From: a virus
Taxonomy: Duplodnaviria > Caudoviricetes
Length of the DNA: 64,000 nt
Virus record (IMG/VR): IMGVR_UViG_3300036768_000367
Coordinates: 1,057 to 65,056 of that record
Direction: 5' to 3' (one strand)
Below the pieces are notes generated by a model, which saw nothing but the letters and a program-made list of their open reading frames with translations, was not told the origin of the DNA and searched no databases. Position numbers and translations under genes: made by a program. Below, piece by piece: positions 30,239 through 40,433 of the stretch; the first letter of the stretch is position 1, and every line of letters starts with the position of its first letter.

Positions 30239-32308
30239 ATGACAGCTAAATATCAAGCAGGTACATTTACTCATGAGGTGGATCTTTGGAAGAAGATCAC
30301 GGATCTAATGCTTAGTGCAGGCTGGACCGTCCAAGCTACTATAGCAGACGGTTATGATAAAGTATTTACCTCAACTGGTGAAGATGGTTACGCTATTAAT
30401 TATCTGCGCGTAGCTGCAAGAAAACAAGATGAGTATCGTGAAAACTTCGGATACAGTCAGCGCTTAGATAGCGATGGCTATAGTGGGTTTGTCAATTTTT
30501 TTGCATACCAATTCTTTCCAACTACTGGCACCTCATCTGCTGATGGCTACAGTGAAATAGGTAGGATGGGACCAATTCTTTATGTTATTGACCAAGACAG
30601 TGTAGGTGACATTCGTCGTATTAATTTAATCACATCAACTGCAGCCAGCCCACGAGTGACCGATCATAGTGCAAACATAGGCTTTTGGCCAGATAGAGAT
30701 GCAATGGATCAAGCATTTAATAGTGGCGGAGCAAGATTTGATGGTAGTAAATTTATTTACTTTCAACATGATCTTGGTCAACTAAGAAGATATAATGTTT
30801 CTACTGGTACCACCACTTTTATACAGCAACCAATAAATAGATTTATAGCCAATGGATTTACTCAATTAAAATCTACTGATAGATATTATCTATTAGGACT
30901 GACCAACAATGGCACTGCTGGCTTTCAGTCCATACTTTTTGAGTTTAATTTTAATGACGTATTAACATCATCTAAATTTATAGCTGACCCACCGTGGGCC
31001 AGTAGCTCACATGCCCCAAGAATAGTTGGCTATGATAGGTATTTTTATGCGGTGCGCGGAGCTAGCAGCACAAATTTTGCAAGATACGATATTTTAACTA
31101 ACACATGGACGTCATTGACCAGCACCAACTTGCCCAACGTCTATAGTGGTGCTTCAATGGTATTTGTTACCAGACAACAAACTGGCTTATCAAAACATCG
31201 TATTTATTTATTAACTGGAAACTCTACCAATAGCCTTAGATATATTAATGTAGAAGATGACGGCTCTATATTAGATGCATCATGGACTATTGCAACTGGC
31301 GCTCCATTTTCTAGCCTTAGTGGTTCTCAGCCTGGATTTGAGTGGGACGGATACGATGGAATATTTTACAATCCAGGTGAAGGCGGATCTACTTTAAATG
31401 AATTTTATAGATACAATATTAGTACAGGGACCTGGACATTAGTAGATTCTAATTTTATGCCACAAGATATTAATGACGTATGTACGTTACAATTACACAA
31501 TGGACTGCAATCGCGTGTCCGCGCAGAAAACAATAAGCCTGGACAAAAATACTGGCTATTCGTAGATAAAGATAGGATAATCACTATTACCAAAGATGCC
31601 TCAGGATTCTATACCTATTGCTATGCTGGTGCTATAGAGAGTTATTATGATATCACTACAAAGGCGATTACAACCTCATCGGTATCAGCAGGTGCAGGTG
31701 TAGTAATTCCAGTAAATAATACGAGTCGATTTACCATAGGTGAAAAAGTGCAAATACAGGGCGTTGCCCCAACCGACTTTTTTACGCACGTAGGTTTAGA
31801 TAATCGTACTAGAAAATTTATTAGAACTGAGCACTTTACTATTAGCGCAATTAATGCTGGTGTCAGTATTACCGCTACATCACTAAATGGTAATTATAGT
31901 GCTGGATCTAGAATTGCAAGTGATATTCAAAATACCATATTAACAGTAGAAGGAACTCGTTGGGCTCAGGCTCTTAACAAGCCAAATACTACCAATAGTT
32001 TTGCATCTGGTGATCAAGCGGAGCAAATGTATTTAGTTCAACCAGCAGTCTCAACAACACAAACAGCACTAACAGATTTGAATGATAGAACTGGTCAGTT
32101 TATATTATGGCCATTCGTCGTCTCTAGCGAGAATCTTACTAATTATTCAGGCAAAGAGGTGAGAGGTCAACTAAAAGGCGTTTTTGTGGCTGGTTCTGGT
32201 ACAGGAGCATCAGAAGATGTGATAGAAATTAATGGACAACAATATATAATGTTTTCTATCGCAAGACAGGAAGATACTAGATTCTTCGTCTTCGGGCCTG
32301 TAGTTTAA
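30239..32308 (+). CDS. Virion protein with Kelch-like beta-propeller (paralog of 32324)
   Basis: YFYAVRG..STNFARYDILTNTWTSL, FYRYNISTGTWT; N- and C-terminal regions (DLWxKI, G.EVRGQLKGV, F.FGP) shared with 32324. Confidence 0.7.
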   Translation: MTAKYQAGTFTHEVDLWKKITDLMLSAGWTVQATIADGYDKVFTSTGEDGYAINYLRVAARKQDEYRENFGYSQRLDSDGYSGFVNFFAYQFFPTTGTSSADGYSEIGRMGPILYVIDQDSVGDIRRINLITSTAASPRVTDHSANIGFWPDRDAMDQAFNSGGARFDGSKFIYFQHDLGQLRRYNVSTGTTTFIQQPINRFIANGFTQLKSTDRYYLLGLTNNGTAGFQSILFEFNFNDVLTSSKFIADPPWASSSHAPRIVGYDRYFYAVRGASSTNFARYDILTNTWTSLTSTNLPNVYSGASMVFVTRQQTGLSKHRIYLLTGNSTNSLRYINVEDDGSILDASWTIATGAPFSSLSGSQPGFEWDGYDGIFYNPGEGGSTLNEFYRYNISTGTWTLVDSNFMPQDINDVCTLQLHNGLQSRVRAENNKPGQKYWLFVDKDRIITITKDASGFYTYCYAGAIESYYDITTKAITTSSVSAGAGVVIPVNNTSRFTIGEKVQIQGVAPTDFFTHVGLDNRTRKFIRTEHFTISAINAGVSITATSLNGNYSAGSRIASDIQNTILTVEGTRWAQALNKPNTTNSFASGDQAEQMYLVQPAVSTTQTALTDLNDRTGQFILWPFVVSSENLTNYSGKEVRGQLKGVFVAGSGTGASEDVIEINGQQYIMFSIARQEDTRFFVFGPVV

Positions 32309-32323
32309 TAATGGTGATATAAT

Positions 32324-34417
32324 ATGGCTACTTACGGATCTGGCATAGCATCAAACTCTGTTGACTTGTGGAACAAGATAGACGGATACATCTCGACCAC
32401 CGCTGGTTGGAGTATTTATGACACATTTAGCAGTGGCAATGTAAAGGAGCGCGTATATGTATCGGACGGCTACTCTGGCAATGAGAAGATATATGTGCGC
32501 ATGCGTACTGGCGCTGTAGACCCGCATCGTAACGGTGTGACTCTTAAAAAAACAGGCGCAGATGATGGCTATACTGGCTCGGTCGCATTTAATATGTATC
32601 AGTATTGGAATGCTACAGCACATGATGGTTATGGAGAACTCGGCATTTTTGGCCCAAGAGTAATTTATGTTAGAGGATCTGGTACAAACCAGGTATTTAT
32701 TACAGATTTTCAACAATCTATTTTAGGAAATTGGGCCTCAGAGATTGTTAGCAACTTATCAATAACAGCATATACTGAAAGAAATAATTCGCCTATTTCA
32801 AGCCCAACTTGGGATGGAAAGAAGTTTATTTATATACCAAGTAGCGACAATGGCTTTACGAATCGCCACGATTTCATAGAAAATGCAAATGCTCAATTTG
32901 CAAGTCCTACGACCTTTGTGAATACAAGAGGCACGTATGGCACATGCTATGTTCTTGATAGTGCCACAGATACAGAGTATCTTTACGGATTTAGTCAAAG
33001 TACAATATCTACTACAGAATTCTATAGATTAAATTTAACAACCAATACGTGGCAAGGTCGTGCCGATCCGCCATGGGCCTCTTCGGCAGAAGCGGGCAAA
33101 ATATGTTGGGATGGTTACAACACGCTCTATGCAATGCGTTGTCAGTCTACCACCTCATTTGCTTATTATAATATCTCAGCTAACACATGGACATCTGGTC
33201 CCGCATTGCCATTTACAGCCTTTAGAGGCTCAAATATTATTTATGTGCCAGGAACGGCTACAAGACCGAATAGGCTTTATGCGAATGCTGGAGAATATAG
33301 TACAGCGATGGCCAGGCTAGATTTAGCAGCCGATGGCACACCATCAGGTTCGTGGGTTAGCACAGCATCTGCGCCATACGGCATGGGTGATACTACTGAA
33401 GGCGGATGTAGATTGTATTATTTTGGTGGTGACTACATTTGGGTAGGCCCGACAAGAAATCTGACTGGTCAAGAGCTGATGCGATACAGCATCACTAATA
33501 ACAACTGGACTAACCAGGCGGGTACTGCGGGTCAGGCGTATGATAATTGGGCTCACGTCACCTCTCACGGCGGAGGCGGCGGCGCACATCCACAGAATCA
33601 TCAGACCTACATACCAGTCAAAGATGGCTCACCTACGCAGTTCTGGTACTTCGGTGATGCAGATCGCATAGTGGTAGTCACGAAAGACATTAATAATGTT
33701 TATGACTTTCTGTATGTTGGAATGATAGATAGTTATTACACAAGGCAACAGACAACCATTACTACCGCTTTAACTCCAGGCATAGAAAAATCCGTAACAG
33801 TGGCTAATGGAGCTATATTCTCTGCAGAACAAAAAGTGTCGTTATATGATCCAAGCGGCAATTCTGCCATAGTATCTCATGATGGTCTCGACGGAAACAT
33901 AAGAAGATATGTACCAGCAGAAATTGTTACAATCAAATCAGTAAGTGGCAATAATTTAGTACTTTATAGTGTTTCAAATACATATGCAGCTGGAACTAAA
34001 ATTGGCGTAGATCTTGCACCGTATGGTATAACTGGATATAGAAATCATTTGATACAAATGAATAATCATATTCCGAAATCGACGTCGGCTTATAGAGCAC
34101 CAACCAGTTCTAATACATCACAAAATGCACAACTTTATAAGTATGTTTGTCCAGTTCCAGCAGAAATTACAACGCAATCTGCCAATGAATCAAGAACATC
34201 TCAATACATGTTGTGGCCATTGGTTGTTCAAGATACATCAACATTCTCAGGTGATGAAGTAAGAGGACAACTTAAAGGTGTATATATCGTAGATAATAAT
34301 GGAGCTGCTGCAGCAGGAGATGTAATAACATTCCAAGGTAATACGTATTTATTATTTAGTTTTAATTCAACATTTTATAATGAATCTAGGTTATTCGCAT
34401 TCGGACCATTATCATGA
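32324..34417 (+). CDS. Virion protein with Kelch-like beta-propeller (paralog of 30239)
   Basis: FYRLNLTTNTWQ, FAYYNISANTWTSGPALP, MRYSITNNNWT. Confidence 0.7.
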   Translation: MATYGSGIASNSVDLWNKIDGYISTTAGWSIYDTFSSGNVKERVYVSDGYSGNEKIYVRMRTGAVDPHRNGVTLKKTGADDGYTGSVAFNMYQYWNATAHDGYGELGIFGPRVIYVRGSGTNQVFITDFQQSILGNWASEIVSNLSITAYTERNNSPISSPTWDGKKFIYIPSSDNGFTNRHDFIENANAQFASPTTFVNTRGTYGTCYVLDSATDTEYLYGFSQSTISTTEFYRLNLTTNTWQGRADPPWASSAEAGKICWDGYNTLYAMRCQSTTSFAYYNISANTWTSGPALPFTAFRGSNIIYVPGTATRPNRLYANAGEYSTAMARLDLAADGTPSGSWVSTASAPYGMGDTTEGGCRLYYFGGDYIWVGPTRNLTGQELMRYSITNNNWTNQAGTAGQAYDNWAHVTSHGGGGGAHPQNHQTYIPVKDGSPTQFWYFGDADRIVVVTKDINNVYDFLYVGMIDSYYTRQQTTITTALTPGIEKSVTVANGAIFSAEQKVSLYDPSGNSAIVSHDGLDGNIRRYVPAEIVTIKSVSGNNLVLYSVSNTYAAGTKIGVDLAPYGITGYRNHLIQMNNHIPKSTSAYRAPTSSNTSQNAQLYKYVCPVPAEITTQSANESRTSQYMLWPLVVQDTSTFSGDEVRGQLKGVYIVDNNGAAAAGDVITFQGNTYLLFSFNSTFYNESRLFAFGPLS

Positions 34418-34433
34418 TAAGTAAGGAGAAAGT

Positions 34434-35078
34434 ATGACGCAAGTAGATATTTTGACACAAAATGGTGTGTATAAGATAACTAACACCATAAATGGCAAAA
34501 TACATATTGGGTCAGCCGCAGGCAGTAGCGGATTTCAACGCCGTTGGGAAAAAGGATATAATAAATACTTGACTAATGCATTCTTAAAATATGGTACTGA
34601 TAATTTTAAAATCGAGATATTACAAATATGCCAGCCACAGTTTCGCTCAGCTTGTGAGCAGGTATATTTAGATTATTATAAACCACGGAATGAAAGTGAT
34701 GGTGGATATAATATATGTAAAATTACAAATTTATATTAAGGTACCAGATTGTGCACATCTTATTCTGATGAGACTAGATCAAAAATGAGCCAAAAGCATA
34801 TTGGTATTAAGTTTAGCCCAACCACTCTCGCAAAAATGGCAGTGGCTAAAACTGTCCGCAATTTATCACAAAATCATAAAGATAAAATAAGTGCTTCAAA
34901 TATGGGCAAAAAATTATCTAAGGATGTAAGAGCAAAGATTAGTAACAGTTATATTAAAACGCTCATCGAGCGTATAGATATAAATACTGGTGAAGTTAAA
35001 GAGCATTCGTCACAAACATAAATTGTTGGTGATGGATTTAATCAAGGAAATGTTTTTCAATGTTTAGTTGATAAATAA
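34434..35078 (+). pseudogene. GIY-YIG homing endonuclease pseudogene with NUMOD3 motifs
   Basis: GVYKITNTINGKIHIGS..RW..LTNAFLKYG.DNF..EQ.YLDYY..GYN; YSDETRSKMS; one frame broken by TAA at 34737 and 35019. Confidence 0.85.
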
Positions 35079-35123
35079 AAAAACTAGCAATGGATATTTC
35101 TGGAAATATATGGAGAATAGAAC

Positions 35124-35411
35124 ATGACACAGGTGGAACTTATAAATAAATTTCTTGGTCGCACGGATCTATCTGAAACCGAGCTCCTTTTAAAGACCAA
35201 GGTGGTTAACTTAGACCAGGCACTCGCAGCCTCAAGAAAAGAGCTTGAGGATCTGAGTGCCAAGACCAACGAGAAGCAAAGCGAGGTGTTATCATTAACA
35301 CAACAATTACAGGCTCTTCTTGGATTAGTACTAGACGTTCAAACGCAAAAAGAGAGCGCTGCACAACCACTAGAGGCACCAGCCCCATCTGATGCAGTCG
35401 CTGGAGTGTGA
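35124..35411 (+). CDS. Coiled-coil hypothetical protein
   Basis: GGAG RBS; heptad pattern. Confidence 0.65.
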   Translation: MTQVELINKFLGRTDLSETELLLKTKVVNLDQALAASRKELEDLSAKTNEKQSEVLSLTQQLQALLGLVLDVQTQKESAAQPLEAPAPSDAVAGV

Positions 35412-35412
35412 T

Positions 35413-35640
35413 ATGAGTGAAGATAAAGCAATTAGAAAAGTAGGTACAGTATTATCATTTAAAGATCATAAGGGGTACGGATTTATTCGTGAAGAAGACT
35501 CTGGCAATGATATATTTTTCCATTGGTCGTATTTGCAAATAGATGGATATAAAACAGTAAAGCCAGGTACCAAAGTCTCTTATGAAATTGGTGCTAATCA
35601 CAATGGACCTATGGCAGTAAAGATTCGTTTAGAGCAATGA
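35413..35640 (+). CDS. Cold-shock domain protein
   Basis: GTVLSF..KGYGFI (RNP1), DIFFHWS (RNP2), DGYKTV..G.KVSYEI...GPMA; ATG 35413 follows GGAG. Confidence 0.92.
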   Translation: MSEDKAIRKVGTVLSFKDHKGYGFIREEDSGNDIFFHWSYLQIDGYKTVKPGTKVSYEIGANHNGPMAVKIRLEQ

Positions 35641-36089
35641 AATCTACCAGGCCAGAAATATGGTATTACAATCCAACTCAGCGAGACATACCGCTTGCGG
35701 AGTTGGATATGACTATTAAGTCACATAAGTGCATAAATCTTTTAAAATACAATCCAAATTTAACATTGGATAGAGTTTTAAAATCAGAGGCAAACGGCGT
35801 ACTTAAAAGATATGTTGATGCTGGCAAGCTAATAAAAGTAGACAAGCCTATTATAAATAAAGATGCAGCGCCTAGATTTGCCGAATCTAAGGAACCTATA
35901 TACTCTAAAACTCACAGTATAATAAATATAGATCCAAAAGAAAAAGATTTTATAGATCAGCTAGAAAGCGATTTTATAGAAGATTCTCCAATGGATAATA
36001 CCAAGCAAGTGGCCATTAATGAAAAGTTCTTAAAAAAAGTAGATCTCGAAGGTTTTGCTGATCCACTAGAAGAGCTTGTTGGCGAATAA
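35637..36089 (+). CDS. Hypothetical protein
   Basis: Translationally coupled (ATGA) to the cold-shock gene; 150 aa. Confidence 0.65.
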   Translation: MKSTRPEIWYYNPTQRDIPLAELDMTIKSHKCINLLKYNPNLTLDRVLKSEANGVLKRYVDAGKLIKVDKPIINKDAAPRFAESKEPIYSKTHSIINIDPKEKDFIDQLESDFIEDSPMDNTKQVAINEKFLKKVDLEGFADPLEELVGE

Positions 36090-36148
36090 CCTCTATTAAT
36101 AAATAGCTTATTAGATGCTAACTATAGCTTATTTCTGGATTTGCATCA

Positions 36149-37036
36149 ATGGTTCAATACGTTTATAATAGATCTGTAGTTCCTGTTACAGAACAAATAA
36201 AGCTAGAAGTGCAGTTTCGTGACTCTGCGGGCAACGCAAAGGACACGGACGGTTACTATCCTACCATTAATATAATAGATGCTGCAAGTACCAATGTGAT
36301 TGCCCCGACAACCACGGGCGTCGTCCGTGTCGGGGTCGGGTATTATCGCTATGCTTTCACTATACCAGATGGGTACACAAGTGGTATCTGGAATGATATT
36401 TGGACTGGTGTAGTAGACGGATATTCTATTACAGCCGTATTTGATTTTAACGTAACCTCAGCAGGCTCTATTGAGGCGGTAGGTACAACTGCACCAGTAG
36501 AGATGCGGATTGGTGATGATCCAGTAAATGCGTGGACGCAGGAAGAGATTCTTGGAATAAATGTATTACTCAAGCTTTTAAAAGCTAGATTAAAAAACAA
36601 TGCATTTAAACCAGACGGCACGCCGTGTAATGTTTTTAGTGATGATGAGCTATTAGGATTCTTGTGTGCAAGCTTGTCCGAATTTAATTCTACACCAACA
36701 ATTACAACCTACTCTTTTGATAGCCCAGTTATTTACAGGCTTTTTCCAGATGCAATTACACAGGGCGCGTATTTGATTAGCATGGCAGCCCAAGCCACGG
36801 TGGAAGCAGGTCGAGAGTTCACGTTAAACGATAATGGTGTTACTATTAATCCACCACCCGTTAGTAGTACTATTACTACTCTATATAATGCTCAATTGTC
36901 TGATTATAGAGCAAAGTTGAAGGAAATAAAGCGAAATCATCGCCCAGGTCCGATTGCCTATACTGCTGGTGGTCTTTTGACATCGAGCACAAGCGTCAGG
37001 AAAATGAGGCATCTTCGTGAGAGATCCATAATCTAA
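36149..37036 (+). CDS. Putative head-tail adaptor / neck protein
   Basis: N-terminal Ig-like segment (GVGYYRYAFTIP); C-terminal helical connector-like region (LLKARL..FSDDELLGFL..SLSEFN..P, FTLNDNGVT); late-type motif at 36093. Confidence 0.55.
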   Translation: MVQYVYNRSVVPVTEQIKLEVQFRDSAGNAKDTDGYYPTINIIDAASTNVIAPTTTGVVRVGVGYYRYAFTIPDGYTSGIWNDIWTGVVDGYSITAVFDFNVTSAGSIEAVGTTAPVEMRIGDDPVNAWTQEEILGINVLLKLLKARLKNNAFKPDGTPCNVFSDDELLGFLCASLSEFNSTPTITTYSFDSPVIYRLFPDAITQGAYLISMAAQATVEAGREFTLNDNGVTINPPPVSSTITTLYNAQLSDYRAKLKEIKRNHRPGPIAYTAGGLLTSSTSVRKMRHLRERSII

Positions 37037-37072
37037 TAATAATATTATACCAACTCAGTAAAGGGGTGTGCT

Positions 37073-37318
37073 ATGGCCGATATTCGTCCTACGAAGGGAA
37101 CTTTTCAACATTTTAGTGGCACAGGCGCTAATGTAGTTAGGTTTGAAAGAACCGTTACTAATTTAATTATCACCGTAACTGGAACGGTACAGTTTGGAGT
37201 TGATGGTATTAAGTACGTAACATTAGCTGCTGGAACACACCAATTATTAAATGTCCCTATTAAAGATTTATATTTGATTGGCGGCGGAACCTACGAAGGT
37301 TTCGGCGTTGCACTCTGA
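37073..37318 (+). CDS. Small beta-rich hypothetical (structural?) protein
   Basis: GGGGTG RBS; 81 aa. Confidence 0.6.
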   Translation: MADIRPTKGTFQHFSGTGANVVRFERTVTNLIITVTGTVQFGVDGIKYVTLAAGTHQLLNVPIKDLYLIGGGTYEGFGVAL

Positions 37319-37325
37319 GGTTTAA

Positions 37326-37670
37326 GTGTTTGAATTAATTGCTTCTTTAGGTAGTGCTGCTCTACAATATGGCGCCCTCGGTTTCGGCTGGGTGCTTGCT
37401 GTTATATTGCTTGCATACTTTATTAGAAGCCTCAAAGCTAGAGATAAAGAGCTCATGCAAGTTAAAACGCAACACATAAATGACGTAAAGTTGTGGGGAT
37501 CTAAGCTAGAACAGTTGCACGAAAAACAAAGTAAAATAGTCTCTGATTTAACCGATAAGCGCGTCGAGGATCTCAAGGAATTGGTAGATGATTATAATGA
37601 GATTGCTACTAGTATGGTGACTTCTCTTGATAAGCTAGCCAGCAGCATTAAATCTAAAAAACAAGATTAA
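37326..37670 (+). CDS. Membrane protein, holin-like
   Basis: N-terminal hydrophobic helix (LQYGALGFGWVLAVILLAYFI) followed by a charged coiled coil; GAGG RBS. Confidence 0.5.
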   Translation: MFELIASLGSAALQYGALGFGWVLAVILLAYFIRSLKARDKELMQVKTQHINDVKLWGSKLEQLHEKQSKIVSDLTDKRVEDLKELVDDYNEIATSMVTSLDKLASSIKSKKQD

Positions 37671-37701
37671 CTAATAGAAGATCTTGTTTCGGAGTTTATA
37701 C

Positions 37702-37887
37702 ATGGAAAATATCGATAACTTAAAGTCTAAAAGCAAGCAAAGTAAAAAGATTGCAAAGGAAAAAATGCTCAAGTTATTAGAGTATATTGATGATACAGAA
37801 TGTGTAGAAATAGACGGCGATGGCGAGGCTGTTGCTTGTATAATCGATACCGCAAAGACTAAGGTCAAGTCTAAAATGCGAAAGTAA
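37702..37887 (+). CDS. Hypothetical protein
   Basis: GGAG RBS before ATG 37702; stop overlaps the next start. Confidence 0.5.
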   Translation: MENIDNLKSKSKQSKKIAKEKMLKLLEYIDDTECVEIDGDGEAVACIIDTAKTKVKSKMRK

Positions 37888-38384
37888 TGTATGGACCAAA
37901 TATGTCTAAAAAACAAATTGAGGATAAAGAGCAGGAACTACTTGATAAGGTACGAGATCTTTTAAAGCACAGCGCTATCGTAGCGCAAATGTTTGAAAAG
38001 TTTGATACATCAATTAAAAAAATTGAAGATGTACCAATTCAATTTTCAGATATAGACGTATCGGCAAAGACAAAAGATAAGAAAATATATCTTAATAATG
38101 CACTAATTGATGACGGTGATTTTACAAATCATATACATTATGTAGTACACGAATTGTGTCATTTTTTGCAACAATCTAATGGAGAAGTATCTAAGTATAA
38201 AAACTTAGATGAAATGGACTATTTAGACCAGCCAACTGAAATAGAGGCTTTTAACTATCAAATAAAATTTATTAAAGAGCTAGATGGTCAAAATGCGGCC
38301 GATAAGTACTTAAAAGACTTACTGGACTTTCATGAATACAAGGGCACAGCTCGTGATAGGAAATCGCATGAGTTATTGGAATAG
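37887..38384 (+). CDS. HExxH zinc metallopeptidase-like protein
   Basis: KIYLN...VVHELCHFLQ...YL..PTEIEAF zincin pattern. Confidence 0.7.
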   Translation: MYGPNMSKKQIEDKEQELLDKVRDLLKHSAIVAQMFEKFDTSIKKIEDVPIQFSDIDVSAKTKDKKIYLNNALIDDGDFTNHIHYVVHELCHFLQQSNGEVSKYKNLDEMDYLDQPTEIEAFNYQIKFIKELDGQNAADKYLKDLLDFHEYKGTARDRKSHELLE

Positions 38385-38393
38385 GTGTAATAA

Positions 38394-40430
38394 ATGGTTT
38401 GCATGCTTTCTGCACCACAATGGAATGATGCCCAGCAAGTTGGACTTAAGTCTGCTATAGAAAATGTAGCAGATAATACGGTTGTATTGACTTGGAATTC
38501 GGCATCCGCTACTCTGCCAGCCGATCAATTTTATTATTTAATCTATCATTCTACAGATGCCAATACGATATATGATGCTCCAAAATACATTAGTCTAGAA
38601 ACACGAGTAGCCATTCCGCTAACACTAGTTTCTCCAGACGATTATTTCGCAGTTCGCCCTGCACAGCTCGGCACCACGTCAATTTTTAATGGCACCAATT
38701 TGACAGAGGTGTTTCCAGACGGATATGCATTTGCTTCACCAGTTGAACTAAGTGCACCATTTGCCCCACTTGATGGATATATTTTTGTAAACTCTATAAG
38801 TGGATATCCACTTATAGATGGATATTTGTCAATAGGCACGGAAATAATTCAGTATGCTAATTCCATTAGCTCATTTATGGGCTCACCAGCATTTTATATT
38901 GCCAACAGAAATCCGTACGGATGCAATGATGCGTATGGTGGCACGTATCCGACTGGTACCACAGTTAGTTTACACAAAGGTTTTGAAAATAAAGCTGGAT
39001 CAAGAGTTAAGGGGCTTCATTCTTGTGGCTTAAACAGACCAACTTGGGCTGACTTATTATTCCCAGGAGTGCAGAAGGTTAAGGATTTAGGCATAGGAAC
39101 TTCGGTAGAGGTTTCTTGGAATTATGCAAAACCTCCACCTGGTTTCTCTAACTTGTACTATAATGTGTATGCTGATACCAATCTTTATACGCTTGGTACA
39201 GGGCAGCCATTTGGTATTACTAGTGGTTTAAGCGCAGTGGTACCTGGATTACATCCAGGTGACGGATATTATTTTGCAGTAAGGGCAACGTACTTATTTG
39301 ATGCATTAGATACAGCGTCAATGGAATTGATAAGCAACGAATTTTATGCTTATCCAACACCTGCCACGATTAACGAGTTAGATGGATACTATTCTACATA
39401 TGAAACGGGCCCATTGAGAGTAAATAGTACAGACGGATTTCCAAGCTCAGGCTTGTTACGTATTGGTTCCGAAATACTTGAATACTCTGGTATTACACCA
39501 ATTACTTTTATCATATCACGCCGCGATGTATTTGATTTCCAAAATACATATGATTATCCAAACGGAACAGTAGTAGAACTATTTAAAGGAATAGAAGACG
39601 GTAACACTGTTGTGTATATGTCTACGCCCACATGGACTGCTAGGTCCGCTTGGCTGCCACCAACGCCAGGCGATGGGTATGATGGATATCTTTACATGCA
39701 AGACGCAGATGGTTATAGATCTACTCAAGTTAATAATATTACTGAAAATCATGAAGAATTTGAAGAAAATAATATTGATTATAATTCAGAAGATTATTGT
39801 GGATTCAGAAGTCAAAACTTCGTAGACCTTTATACTAGACAGCAATGCGGAACCTATTTGGGTGGTCGCATCGGTGGATTTAGCGGAGGCATAGATGTGT
39901 TTGAAGCAAATACTCAAAGACAAGAAATGCTTTTGGGCTTAACTGGTGAGCCATTTATCTTACTTCAAAGAAAATGGGAGGGCCGTACTTGCCCAAAATT
40001 ATCTCTAAGAAATGAGCATCCTCATCAACGCTGTTCTAATTGTTATGGCACGACATTTGCTGGAGGATATGATCGCTATTTAAATCCAAGAGAAATTCAG
40101 CCAGCGGTAGCGAATCCAAATGGATTTATTATGGTACGTGTAGCACCATACACTGACGATCTCGGAATTTTTGATAATCGCGGCCTTTCTAACGAAGTGG
40201 TGGAAATAGATGCTTGGACTACGGCAATACCACTCATTAAAGATAGAGATATACTTATTAGATATGTATATGACGTAGAGTATGGTGTTGTGAGAGAAGA
40301 GTTTAGATACGAGGTACTTTCTGTTACTAGAAACAAACTATTGTTTGGTAAGGACGGAGCACAAAAATTCCGTATTAAAAGACTTAATAAAACAGAAGAA
40401 GTGTATAAATTTAAGGTGCCATTGGTGTAA
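38394..40430 (+). CDS. Putative neck / head-closure protein with fibronectin-III-like domains and a zinc finger
   Basis: Two FN3-like units (V.LTWN..YYLIY..YFAVR); C-terminal LL..TGEP..LLQRK..G..C....CSNCYGT.F.GGY and DRDILIR..RYEV..VTR. Confidence 0.55.
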   Translation: MVCMLSAPQWNDAQQVGLKSAIENVADNTVVLTWNSASATLPADQFYYLIYHSTDANTIYDAPKYISLETRVAIPLTLVSPDDYFAVRPAQLGTTSIFNGTNLTEVFPDGYAFASPVELSAPFAPLDGYIFVNSISGYPLIDGYLSIGTEIIQYANSISSFMGSPAFYIANRNPYGCNDAYGGTYPTGTTVSLHKGFENKAGSRVKGLHSCGLNRPTWADLLFPGVQKVKDLGIGTSVEVSWNYAKPPPGFSNLYYNVYADTNLYTLGTGQPFGITSGLSAVVPGLHPGDGYYFAVRATYLFDALDTASMELISNEFYAYPTPATINELDGYYSTYETGPLRVNSTDGFPSSGLLRIGSEILEYSGITPITFIISRRDVFDFQNTYDYPNGTVVELFKGIEDGNTVVYMSTPTWTARSAWLPPTPGDGYDGYLYMQDADGYRSTQVNNITENHEEFEENNIDYNSEDYCGFRSQNFVDLYTRQQCGTYLGGRIGGFSGGIDVFEANTQRQEMLLGLTGEPFILLQRKWEGRTCPKLSLRNEHPHQRCSNCYGTTFAGGYDRYLNPREIQPAVANPNGFIMVRVAPYTDDLGIFDNRGLSNEVVEIDAWTTAIPLIKDRDILIRYVYDVEYGVVREEFRYEVLSVTRNKLLFGKDGAQKFRIKRLNKTEEVYKFKVPLV

Positions 40431-40433
40431 TAT

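Noticed and set aside
1540-35078. Stop-codon reassignment (TGA at Trp-like positions such as LQHA*NKYG; in-frame TAA in the 34434 gene)
   Set aside because: All three stop types and frameshifts occur in the broken genes, the long structural genes read uninterrupted in the standard code, and TAA, TAG and TGA all end coupled genes. This is pseudogene decay.
35413-35640. DGY in the cold-shock protein as evidence for the virion tag
   Set aside because: DG(F/Y)K(T/S) is the normal cold-shock domain consensus, so this copy is uninformative.
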